DNA from: a virus
Virus record (IMG/VR): IMGVR_UViG_3300016471_000517
Coordinates: 1 to 64,000 of that record
Strand: one strand, 5' to 3'
DNA: 64,000 bases
A program made the translations under genes and the position numbers. This document shows, in pieces, positions 9,944 to 18,385 of the stretch (within the stretch, counting starts at the first letter, position 1; each line of letters opens with the position of its first letter). A model generated the notes under the pieces. It did not search any database and was not told the origin of the DNA. It saw nothing but the letters and a program-made list of their open reading frames with translations.

Positions 9944-10528
9944 TTCTAGTATTGAATATATTTTTGGTGGAATAGTTCGGTGACTTAAAGCGGCCATAGT
10001 AGATGGCATAACTTTAAGCACGATTGGACTTCGATAAGGACTCTTTTTGTATGAGTCAAATTTTCGAGTCTTCTCCATCATAAAATGACTGTAGATGTAG
10101 CAATTTGCTTTCTTTGCATACATCTTGCTGTCGATTTCAAGATTAAATTTTTTAATAATTTTTACTGCTCTTTTTTCGCAGTCGCGTTCCATGGCGCGAA
10201 CAAGAAAGAATGCTCTTTTCAATTTTTGTTCTGAGTATTCTTTTCCATTAAACCATTCATCTATTATAATACCAGCATTGTCTGATTTTTTAAAAATTTT
10301 ACATTTTTTGATGCATTGTAGAAAATGGCAATATTCGTGGACCAGAGTGGACATAAATTCTGGTGAATTTTTTGCAATTTTTATTACTTTTTTGCCTTCA
10401 TCAAAAAATCCAACGCACCTATAGCCCCCCACATTCACCAATTTTCCACGTCCAATGACGAGGCGCATTCCGTATTCTGCCAGATGATTTTTCACATGCC
10501 TGACAAACTGACGATTCCGCTTGTTCAT
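9932..10528 (-). CDS. HExxH metalloprotease-like protein
   Basis: LVHEYCHFLQ and downstream ERDCE. Confidence 0.65.
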   Translation of the reverse strand: MNKRNRQFVRHVKNHLAEYGMRLVIGRGKLVNVGGYRCVGFFDEGKKVIKIAKNSPEFMSTLVHEYCHFLQCIKKCKIFKKSDNAGIIIDEWFNGKEYSEQKLKRAFFLVRAMERDCEKRAVKIIKKFNLEIDSKMYAKKANCYIYSHFMMEKTRKFDSYKKSPYRSPIVLKVMPSTMAALSHRTIPPKIYSILESFT

Positions 10529-10625
10529 AGGGGAGTCTCCTCAGTCCATATTATTTAGGATAATACTTGACAGTCAAGCAATGGGTGCTATATTATGGGC
10601 ACTTCTTATAAGAAAGGAAATTTAT

Positions 10626-10862
10626 ATGGAAATTACTACAGTTGATCGTCCTACTAAGATTCAGAGAGTGTTTGATTACATGCGTTCGGGTTCTACCCTT
10701 ACAGCAGGAGAGGCACGGAAGCGTTTCCGTGTGAGCAACATGCGCGCAACGATGCATGACCTCCGTGAAGCGTTTGATCGGTTTGACATGAACTACGCCA
10801 TCACACGCGAAACACGCAACGGTCGTTCATACTACCGTCTGGTTCGCAATCGTAGCCGCTAA
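10626..10862 (+). CDS. winged helix-turn-helix DNA-binding protein
   Basis: RVFDYMRSGSTLTAGEARKRFRVSNMRATMHDLR..YRL; AAGGA SD; TTGACA promoter at ~10567. Confidence 0.7.
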   Translation: MEITTVDRPTKIQRVFDYMRSGSTLTAGEARKRFRVSNMRATMHDLREAFDRFDMNYAITRETRNGRSYYRLVRNRSR

Positions 10863-10885
10863 AATTTAATAAGTTTTGTAGTGTG

Positions 10886-10912
10886 AAGACTCCCCGAAAG
10901 GGGAGTTTTTAT
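10886..10912. terminator. intrinsic terminator
   Basis: ACTCCCC-GAAA-GGGGAGT + T-run, between convergent genes. Confidence 0.85.
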
Positions 10913-12220
10913 TTAAAGAATTGTTATATCGATTGGAATAACTACGTTTCCGTTCAATTCCATGTATATTTTTTTAGGACTTGTAGTTGATTTTGAATAC
11001 ACAAAATAAGATTGATCAAATCCCGGTGTTCCTATTAAATAAAATTGATCTGCCATAGGAACTGTTCTCGCTTCATCCAGATATACATTTACAGCAAATC
11101 CTTTCAAGGTTGGATGACTTAAATCTATTTTAAATCCATAGTCTATATCAAATTCTAAACTAGAAGTTGCAGCCAAACTGCTGCTCCCCTCTGAATTTGC
11201 GAGTAAAGTATAAACATAATTTACCACAAGATCACCAGAATCATTGAAAGATGGCACTGGATTTTCATCTATTATAAAGAAAACAGAACCATCAAACAAA
11301 ATAGATTTATCTGCAGAAGCTGCATTTGTTGCATTGTCTGTCAATCTTGCACAATATAAGCAAGGTATCCAATATGAATTATATGTAGAAGTTTCATATT
11401 GAGATCTCAAAAATGCTTGTAATTGATTTTGATTTTCAAAACAACTTACTTGGTTTCCATTAGCGTCAAGAACAACGTAGCAACCCAAAGCTTTTCTTGA
11501 TTTTGATAGAATTTCTGGATTTGCATTTCCTCTTAGATATTGAGTTACAGTTATATTGTTTGTAACTAAGTTTTCATCAGTAAGAACTGAATCAGTATAC
11601 AAAAGCTCTCTATTATCTTTAAGCACTAAAACAGAATTTATTTTTATTTTTCCTGTATTTAATGTTGAACCCGTTAACTCAACATATTCTTCTTTACCAA
11701 ATTCAGATCCCAAAAATCCAGCATTCAAAAAGGACTTTGATGGATTGTTTGTAATATTATTCAAAATATAATTTGCTGCCGTAGAACCACCGGTGTATCC
11801 GGTTGTGTATTGTGGTGGATCTATAAAGTTATTTTGATTGTAAAATTTATAGTTTGTTGTATAAGTAAACCCGGAAACTATTCCACCAATTATAAGTTTA
11901 TTTGAATTTGTTAAACTTTGTAAAGAAAAAACACCAGAAACGTCTACGCTATAGTCTTGCTCAGAATCATAATAATTTCCATCGACAAGAGCAAAAGTTG
12001 TTCCAGCTGGAGTTGATTCAAACATCTTTATAAGATGAGTCAAATCACTAGTCGAATATGTTGATGAATAATCAATGAAACAACTCGAACCTATTATTGA
12101 AATATTTGGTTTTGAATTTATATATCCTTGGCCAAATACAGGATCATAGGTAGCTCCTTCAAGAACTAACCCATAATTCTGTAGTGTCCTGGTGGCATTA
12201 AGAACATATAAAAGTGGCAT
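10913..12220 (-). CDS. putative virion structural protein
   Basis: 435-aa Thr/Ser/Asn-rich ORF in a late operon. Confidence 0.6.
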   Translation of the reverse strand: MPLLYVLNATRTLQNYGLVLEGATYDPVFGQGYINSKPNISIIGSSCFIDYSSTYSTSDLTHLIKMFESTPAGTTFALVDGNYYDSEQDYSVDVSGVFSLQSLTNSNKLIIGGIVSGFTYTTNYKFYNQNNFIDPPQYTTGYTGGSTAANYILNNITNNPSKSFLNAGFLGSEFGKEEYVELTGSTLNTGKIKINSVLVLKDNRELLYTDSVLTDENLVTNNITVTQYLRGNANPEILSKSRKALGCYVVLDANGNQVSCFENQNQLQAFLRSQYETSTYNSYWIPCLYCARLTDNATNAASADKSILFDGSVFFIIDENPVPSFNDSGDLVVNYVYTLLANSEGSSSLAATSSLEFDIDYGFKIDLSHPTLKGFAVNVYLDEARTVPMADQFYLIGTPGFDQSYFVYSKSTTSPKKIYMELNGNVVIPIDITIL

Positions 12221-12221
12221 A

Positions 12222-13160
12222 TTATGAAGCCATATATGTTATGGTTTGAGTACCTGTATTAGATATTGCGTAAACTTTATTTGTATTTTGAATATCTAAG
12301 AATACATTTTCACCCGGATCTAAAGCGTATCCAAAAGATGAACCGATTAGAGCGGATGTGTTTCCAAGATATATAAAGTCTGTATTTGTTGAAAGTGCTC
12401 TGATGTTTATTCCAGCAAAGCAAGTATAGCCTGCGGAGTCCATTTGCCCCGCAGAACCACTGCTAATCGAAAGTTTACCAGTCTTAAAGTTTGTTGCTCT
12501 ACCTACACCGAGAGCTGTTAAATCAGTTCTCAGACCAACAACTTGTCCATATATGTTAGTCATACCGGACAAAATAGCAGCATCGTTAATGTTTGCTGTG
12601 TTGCCAACAGTTACATTGATAGCCGTTGCACCAGAAATTCCAGCAACCAATACTGTAGATGGAATTGTAGCCTGAAATGTTGCTCCAGTAATATTAACTT
12701 TAAGAGCATCACCTACAGTTCCTATGTTCCATCCAGTAGCCCCTACAAGCTTTACAGGAAGGAATGTTGCACCACTTGGACCATATACGGAAATCGAATC
12801 TGCTGTCGTGTATAAACGGCCACCAGTAACTTCAACCTGACTTCCTGTAAAAGTTTTTACATATACTGGAGATCCTGTTATACCTGTAGCAATGACCGTT
12901 CCGCTTACTGGTTGTGGGAAGCCCCCTGCTGTTCCTTGAACCGTAACCAAAGTGGACACAGTGGCAGTCAACCCGCTTGAAAAACTTACTGGTAGCGGGG
13001 ATGAGCTGGAAACAATGTTTGCTGTTCCACAAATTCCATATGCTAGTTTAAAAAGTTGAAAGTGGGCGGTTGTACCAGCAAATTGCACTACGTCGGTTGC
13101 AACTGCAGCTGTTAAACCGGATGTTTCAATTACAATGTTATCATCATTATCTGAGGCCAT
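12222..13160 (-). CDS. putative virion fibre/decoration protein
   Basis: Gly/Thr/Val-rich repeats; C-terminal INIRALSTNTDFIYLG..GYALDPGE domain. Confidence 0.6.
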   Translation of the reverse strand: MASDNDDNIVIETSGLTAAVATDVVQFAGTTAHFQLFKLAYGICGTANIVSSSSPLPVSFSSGLTATVSTLVTVQGTAGGFPQPVSGTVIATGITGSPVYVKTFTGSQVEVTGGRLYTTADSISVYGPSGATFLPVKLVGATGWNIGTVGDALKVNITGATFQATIPSTVLVAGISGATAINVTVGNTANINDAAILSGMTNIYGQVVGLRTDLTALGVGRATNFKTGKLSISSGSAGQMDSAGYTCFAGINIRALSTNTDFIYLGNTSALIGSSFGYALDPGENVFLDIQNTNKVYAISNTGTQTITYMAS

Positions 13161-13238
13161 TTAGGTTTCCTATAAATAGTTCTAGAATATTTAGAACGTT
13201 TAAATATTGATTTATTTTTATAATGGAGTATAGTTGTA

Positions 13239-13472
13239 ATGTATATGGATGATACCGCTAAAGAAAAATTTTCAGGCAAAGTTCTCGAAAGAGTTAAAAA
13301 AACAAAATTATCCTTTATGGATTGCATTTTAGAATTAAGTGAAGAAATGAATATAGATGCATCAACGGCAGGTAAACTTTTAACCAAACCTTTAATTGAA
13401 AAAATTGAACAAGAAGCAGAAAAATTGCATTTCTTAAAAAAGAAAAAAAGCACAAAGTTGCCTCTTGACTAA
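13239..13472 (+). CDS. 33: late transcription co-activator gp33
   Basis: FS..V......SFMDCIL.LSEE.NID......L.KPLIEKIEQEA..L.FLK; directly upstream of gp32. Confidence 0.85.
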   Translation: MYMDDTAKEKFSGKVLERVKKTKLSFMDCILELSEEMNIDASTAGKLLTKPLIEKIEQEAEKLHFLKKKKSTKLPLD

Positions 13473-13532
13473 TACACTAACTATACTATACTAACCAAAG
13501 AAAGGCCGAGGTAGTTCCTCGGGTTCACTATT

Positions 13533-14387
13533 ATGACAAATTTTTCAGATTTCAAAAAGAAGAGTAAAAACTCAGTCGCATCTCTAACCGAACGCCTTGA
13601 TAAAATGACCTCTAAGGAAGGTTACAAGGATGAACGTATTTGGAAACCCGGTATCGACAAGGCTGGCAATGGATATGCTGTAATCCGTTTCCTTCCCGAG
13701 ATTAGCGGTGAAGACAGCCCATTCGTAGCTGTTTATAGCCACACCTTTAAAGGCAAGGGTGGATGGTTTTATGAAAATTGTCCGACCACCATCGGAGAAA
13801 AGTGCCCGGTTTGCGCTGCAAACACGGAACTGTGGAACAGCGGTATTGAAGACGACAAAAACATTGCTCGTCAACGTAAGCGTAAATTGACTTACATTTC
13901 AAATATTTTGGTCATCGAAGATCCCGCTAATCCGGAGAATAAGGGAAAGGTTTTCCTGTATCAGTATGGTACCAAGATTTTCCAGAAGATTCAAAGCCTC
14001 GCTCACCCAGAATTCCAAGACGAGGTTGCAGTGGATCCGTTTAACTTCTGGACCGGTGCAGATTTTAAGATCAAGATTCGGAATGTTGGTGGATATGTAA
14101 ACTATGACCGAAGTGAATTTTCTTCGCCGTCACCTCTGCTCGGTGGTGATGACAAGAAACTTGAAGAAATTTGGAAGAAGCAATATCCTCTTAAGCCATT
14201 TATTGATAAGAGTCAATTCAAGAGCTACGATGAGCTTCAGGCAAGATTGAAGAAGTCTGTTGGTGACGACATTCGTTCTCAATTCACAGAATCCAAGAAC
14301 ATCGAAGATGATGTTGAAGAAACTGTGGTTGACAATGTTGAAGAAAAAGATCCACTTCAGTATTTCTCTGAAATGGATAATGATTGA
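13533..14387 (+). CDS. 32: single-stranded DNA-binding protein gp32
   Basis: DERIWKP..DKAGNGYAVIRFLP, ENCPTTIGEKCPVC, KRKLTYISNILV, NYDRSEF, acidic tail. Confidence 0.96.
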   Translation: MTNFSDFKKKSKNSVASLTERLDKMTSKEGYKDERIWKPGIDKAGNGYAVIRFLPEISGEDSPFVAVYSHTFKGKGGWFYENCPTTIGEKCPVCAANTELWNSGIEDDKNIARQRKRKLTYISNILVIEDPANPENKGKVFLYQYGTKIFQKIQSLAHPEFQDEVAVDPFNFWTGADFKIKIRNVGGYVNYDRSEFSSPSPLLGGDDKKLEEIWKKQYPLKPFIDKSQFKSYDELQARLKKSVGDDIRSQFTESKNIEDDVEETVVDNVEEKDPLQYFSEMDND

Positions 14388-14416
14388 AAAGGGCCCCGAA
14401 AGGGGCTTTTTTTATT
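14387..14416. terminator. bidirectional intrinsic terminator
   Basis: AAAAGGGCCCC-GAAA-GGGGCTTTTTTT between convergent genes. Confidence 0.85.
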
Positions 14417-14862
14417 TAAACCCATATAGGGGCATTTGTAATTTTACTAAGCCTATCGTTAAACACTAAATTTGTTAGAGAGAATGTAGGTCTTTGTTCC
14501 GAAAGATCTTTTGGATTTGGTTGATTGTTCATCTTATTTGTTATATCTTCGGAAATTTTATTGACTGCAGGAATTAAATTTTGATCAACTAAAGTTTGTA
14601 ATTTTTCTGTTCTTTGCGCCAATAGTAAATTTTTATCTCTTTCAATTATCGAAGATTTATCTTCAACATTCGGGCTTATCTTTGGCTGTGCTTCAACAGT
14701 TGGTTGATTCTGAGCAGACATCAAAATAGTTTCGGGTGCCTGTATTTCAAGAAAACTGCTTCTAACTTTTTCTGTGGATGATATAAAATTTTCACTTTCT
14801 ATTAGTGGAGAAAGAATATTAGATTCAGCATCTACGTTTATTTTTAATTCATTATCTTCCAT
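14416..14862 (-). CDS. hypothetical protein downstream of gp51-like frame
   Basis: 148-aa ORF overlapping the gp51-like stop. Confidence 0.6.
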   Translation of the reverse strand: MEDNELKINVDAESNILSPLIESENFISSTEKVRSSFLEIQAPETILMSAQNQPTVEAQPKISPNVEDKSSIIERDKNLLLAQRTEKLQTLVDQNLIPAVNKISEDITNKMNNQPNPKDLSEQRPTFSLTNLVFNDRLSKITNAPIWV

Positions 14863-15055
14863 ATTGTTGCTCCATCTCTCTTCGCTGTTGCATTATTTTT
14901 TCATTGTAATCTGCAACAAGTTTTACATATATTTCTCTCTCCCAAAAATACATATCATCTAAATTATTCAAATTCCATTTTCCGGAATTTATTAAATTAA
15001 AATTGGTTACATAATAATCCCTTAAATCAAAAAACTTTAGCGAAAGGTAAAAAAA
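14852..15055 (-). CDS. 51: gp51-like baseplate hub assembly module, probably expressed by -1 frameshift from gp26
   Basis: Manual translation FFDLRDYYVTNFNLINSGKWNLNNLDDMYFWEREIYVKLV; no start codon before the conserved part; T7 run at 15049-15055. Confidence 0.7.
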   Translation of the reverse strand, partial: FFYLSLKFFDLRDYYVTNFNLINSGKWNLNNLDDMYFWEREIYVKLVADYNEKIMQQRREMEQQYGR

Positions 15056-15696
15056 GTTAGTCTACCGGACACCTCCACTTCTTTACCTTCTTCAAGTAAA
15101 TTCATATAAAGTTCCGGGTGTTTAATTTTTTCTATTTCATTTAAAAATGAAAGAGGAAGATTATCCACCAATTCTTTAACTTCTTTTGAAACAAATTTTT
15201 CTAAATCGTATACTTCGTTTTTAAATGAAATGCTTTCTATTACAGATTTCATATAAGAAATGTTATCATTTACATCTACGTTTAATAATTTTTTTAAAGT
15301 AGGTGTTGTAATGTACAATTGCAATTTTCCACATTCTATGAGTTGATTTTTTATTAGTCCATTTTTAAACTTAACATCATTGATGTTGACTTTTATTGGT
15401 TTACCACCAACAATCAAATTCAATTGTTCTTCAACACTTTTTGATCTTATTTGCAGAAACAAATATTCAGCATCAGCCAAACATAAATTTTCTATATCTT
15501 TTAAATCGGTGTTATTTTTTAAAACATCAATTAAACTCTTAATTGCCAAAGAAGAATTATTTTCTTGAAGAATTATTGATATATTTTTTGCATCCTTAAC
15601 TCTGAACGGTGTGAACAAAACTTTCTTTTTACAAAAAGGAAGCTCACACTCATACCAAGGCAAAACAGAATTTATTTTTTCTTTTAAATCGTTCAT
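15037..15696 (-). CDS. 26: baseplate hub assembly protein gp26-like
   Basis: LPWYECELP..K.V.F.PFRVKD.K, L.LADAEYLFLQIRSKSVEE, ends GRLTFF. Confidence 0.85.
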   Translation of the reverse strand: MNDLKEKINSVLPWYECELPFCKKKVLFTPFRVKDAKNISIILQENNSSLAIKSLIDVLKNNTDLKDIENLCLADAEYLFLQIRSKSVEEQLNLIVGGKPIKVNINDVKFKNGLIKNQLIECGKLQLYITTPTLKKLLNVDVNDNISYMKSVIESISFKNEVYDLEKFVSKEVKELVDNLPLSFLNEIEKIKHPELYMNLLEEGKEVEVSGRLTFFTFR

Positions 15697-16277
15697 AATT
15701 GAGTATTAGTAAAATTGTGTAGATAATCACGGAAACCGAACAACACACTGTATGTCATATAACTGTCATTTTTTAACATGGTCATCATTACTGGTTGTGT
15801 TTCTACTGGAAACACCTCGTAGTAAGTTATGCTGCTATTTACATTACCATTTGGATCTAATATGTTTATAACCATTCTTGTATCTTTAATAGCTTCGTCA
15901 TAATAAGGCAATACGAATGGGTCTCTCCCATCACCACTATTGTTTCTTTTACTAGAAAAGAAATAATTAAACCAATCATTGAAGAAGTTTAATATGTAAT
16001 TGTCATTCGTTACTGGAAATGTTACAAGAACTCCATTACCACCTGCCATCAATTGCTGACTTCTGGGAACAAACCTACCAAAACCAAAACCATTTAAATT
16101 ATCTTGAGCAAAATTTAAAGTTCTTGGGGCCATGTCAACCTGTTGGGCTTGTATTTCTATTGTTCCGTTATAAGATGGAACGTTAAAAAATGAAACATTA
16201 AATCTATTGGTGAGTTGTAAACCACCGTGGCGGTCAACATAATCCTTTATTTGTTGAATTGAATTAAAGCTGCTCAT
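15693..16277 (-). CDS. tail tube-fold protein (gp54/gp19-like)
   Basis: GGL..NRFNV, FFNDWFN, YYDE, YEVFPV..L..Y.V.F. Confidence 0.7.
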   Translation of the reverse strand: MSSFNSIQQIKDYVDRHGGLQLTNRFNVSFFNVPSYNGTIEIQAQQVDMAPRTLNFAQDNLNGFGFGRFVPRSQQLMAGGNGVLVTFPVTNDNYILNFFNDWFNYFFSSKRNNSGDGRDPFVLPYYDEAIKDTRMVINILDPNGNVNSSITYYEVFPVETQPVMMTMLKNDSYMTYSVLFGFRDYLHNFTNTQL

Positions 16278-16689
16278 TTGCAAAAATCTCTTTTTCTGTT
16301 ATTATTTTAAATTCCATTCCATGTTTATCGCAGTAAGCCTTTGCAGCTTTCCATTTTGCTTGGTTAATAACCCAAGTAATTTTTTCTTTTTTGGATGCAT
16401 TTTCTTTTAAATAAGTTTGTTTTTTTGGTTTTACTTCAATCATCCAAGATTTTTCTTTTGATCCATCTGTAAATTTTATCAAAAAGTCTGGAAAATAATT
16501 GTGTACTTTTTGATCAATCGGACTCATGTATGGTATTACAACTTCTTCGAAAGACCATTTTTGAACATTATTATTTTCATCGCAAAATTTACAAACATTT
16601 CTTTCCCACAGTGAACGACAAGTTATTTTTGTGGCATCGCCAACATACTTTTCAACATTTTTTGGTTTAAAAGTTGTCCTGTAAGCCAT
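16264..16689 (-). CDS. 4: head completion nuclease gp4
   Basis: MAY...FKPKN..KY.GD...I..RSLWE, W.FEE..IPY.SP.D..H.YFPDF, IEVKP..Q, NQAKW.AA, ITE. Confidence 0.92.
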   Translation of the reverse strand: MAYRTTFKPKNVEKYVGDATKITCRSLWERNVCKFCDENNNVQKWSFEEVVIPYMSPIDQKVHNYFPDFLIKFTDGSKEKSWMIEVKPKKQTYLKENASKKEKITWVINQAKWKAAKAYCDKHGMEFKIITEKEIFANEQL

Positions 16690-16694
16690 ATGAA

Positions 16695-16709
16695 TATTTA
16701 TCATAAATA
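16695..16709. promoter_or_regulatory. back-to-back T4-type late promoters (TAAATA on both strands)
   Basis: TATTTA-TCA-TAAATA between divergent gp4 and gp48; the same motif occurs at 4298, 9213, 21121, 24263, 47081 and elsewhere. Confidence 0.7.
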
Positions 16710-16715
16710 TTTAAT

Positions 16716-17546
16716 ATGGTTAGACTTTCCTACCAATATCCTAGCACTTCTCCTTATATTGAAGAACAACCGCTTTGGGTTACATTTTCTGCTTCCGAAT
16801 ATTCTTTAGTTAATAGAGACAGAACAAGAAACGGTCTATGGCAAAGAAGATTTGCAGAACTTACACTTCCGATGCCAAAAGTTCCAGGATATTCTTTGAA
16901 GCACGAATTCGGTGAAGGAACAAATCCTGTTGGACCCGTTCTGTCCATGGGTGCTGTTGCAAATAGTGGTGGTTTTAAAAATTTTGATACTCTCTGGAAT
17001 CGTATACTGGCTCCAGATGTTGCTGCAACCGAATATATGTATTCCACATCTACTTATAGAAGATTTTCAAATATAAGCGAATACACCATGGTTTCAGAAG
17101 CGAGAAGAGTATACGCTTTTGATTATATATTTGCACCAAAAAACGATGCGGATAGCATTCAAGTAGAAAATATAATTGGAACTTTTAGAAAATCTTCTTA
17201 TCCAAATGTGGCCAACGGTTTACCGGAAAGAACATATCCACAAAATTTGTGGACAATTGGAGTTAGTCCCGGTTTTTCCAATAATCCAAATCCAACTGGA
17301 CCAGTTACAGATCTGACAGCCAACTGGCTGGGTGAACCACTACCATGTGTGTTGCAATCCATGGTTGTAAAGAAGAACGACGACAGTGATCCCGTTATAC
17401 GCCTACTTCCTAATGGTTTGTCAAACGTAACCTTACTGGGACTAGTATTTGTAGAGTTTGAAACAGGATCTTACGATTACGATAGAAATCAAATTTTGTC
17501 AAAATCCGAAGTTTCTTATAATAGTTTTGGAACAAGTTCAACATAA
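16716..17546 (+). CDS. 48: baseplate tail-tube cap gp48-like
   Basis: LTLPMP, R.Y.FDYIFAPKN..DS..V..II.TFRK..YP, PCVLQSM.V, L.F.E.E. Confidence 0.8.
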   Translation: MVRLSYQYPSTSPYIEEQPLWVTFSASEYSLVNRDRTRNGLWQRRFAELTLPMPKVPGYSLKHEFGEGTNPVGPVLSMGAVANSGGFKNFDTLWNRILAPDVAATEYMYSTSTYRRFSNISEYTMVSEARRVYAFDYIFAPKNDADSIQVENIIGTFRKSSYPNVANGLPERTYPQNLWTIGVSPGFSNNPNPTGPVTDLTANWLGEPLPCVLQSMVVKKNDDSDPVIRLLPNGLSNVTLLGLVFVEFETGSYDYDRNQILSKSEVSYNSFGTSST

Positions 17547-17548
17547 AA

Positions 17549-18382
17549 ATGAAATATTCAACTAATTTACCAGCAAGAACTTATACAACAACAATAGGAG
17601 ATTTCAATATAATTGATCTCTGCAGTTATTATACTTTAGATGATACAAACTTTGAAAAAGTAAACATTCCAATTGATAAAAGTCAAACTTTAGTAGAAGC
17701 GAGTTATACAAACTTTAGAGATGTTGATGCTATTTGGTTATTTTTATTTGCAAACAAGAAAATAAACCCCTTTACTTTAACAAAACTAGATACACCCACT
17801 GCTCTTGCAAAAGTTAAAAATTATGAAGATTTGAATATGTCTGAAGGTGCTGCAGTCGATGCAATAGGAACTAAGGGTGGCATTTTAATAGAAAAGGCAA
17901 ATAACAGCGGCGTTACATGGGATTATGGATCTACTGGAAATTTTAGTTTAACTGGTGGTTTTGCTTTGATTGACGGAATAAATTCTTTCACCAAATCAGT
18001 ATTGATAAAGGAACCCAAATCAAATTTACCAATAACACCGAGTTCCGGTTATTTTATGTTAAATCGTGGTTCAAATAATTCTTATTCAATTTATAATCCA
18101 AGTAAAGATTTAGAAATTTTGAACCAATCAGCAGCAACCCAATCCATAAACACAATAAAATATGAATTTGCCGAAATAGACATGAGAAGAATTACTCAGT
18201 TAACTTCTCCGCTACCATATCTAACCAAAGGAAGTGGATCTGCTTATACCCCAGAGGGAACAGGAATCACTTCGTCGTTTGAGGAAGATGTTAAAAACCG
18301 AAATATAGATATATTGGGTTATGATTTAAAGAGCGTAAATTATTCTAATTTGTTGCAAGTAAATCAAAATTACGTTGTATAA
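17549..18382 (+). CDS. 53: baseplate wedge protein gp53-like
   Basis: MKY...LP..Y, WLFLFANKKINPF, FEE....R.I; position after gp48. Confidence 0.65.
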   Translation: MKYSTNLPARTYTTTIGDFNIIDLCSYYTLDDTNFEKVNIPIDKSQTLVEASYTNFRDVDAIWLFLFANKKINPFTLTKLDTPTALAKVKNYEDLNMSEGAAVDAIGTKGGILIEKANNSGVTWDYGSTGNFSLTGGFALIDGINSFTKSVLIKEPKSNLPITPSSGYFMLNRGSNNSYSIYNPSKDLEILNQSAATQSINTIKYEFAEIDMRRITQLTSPLPYLTKGSGSAYTPEGTGITSSFEEDVKNRNIDILGYDLKSVNYSNLLQVNQNYVV

Positions 18383-18385
18383 AAT

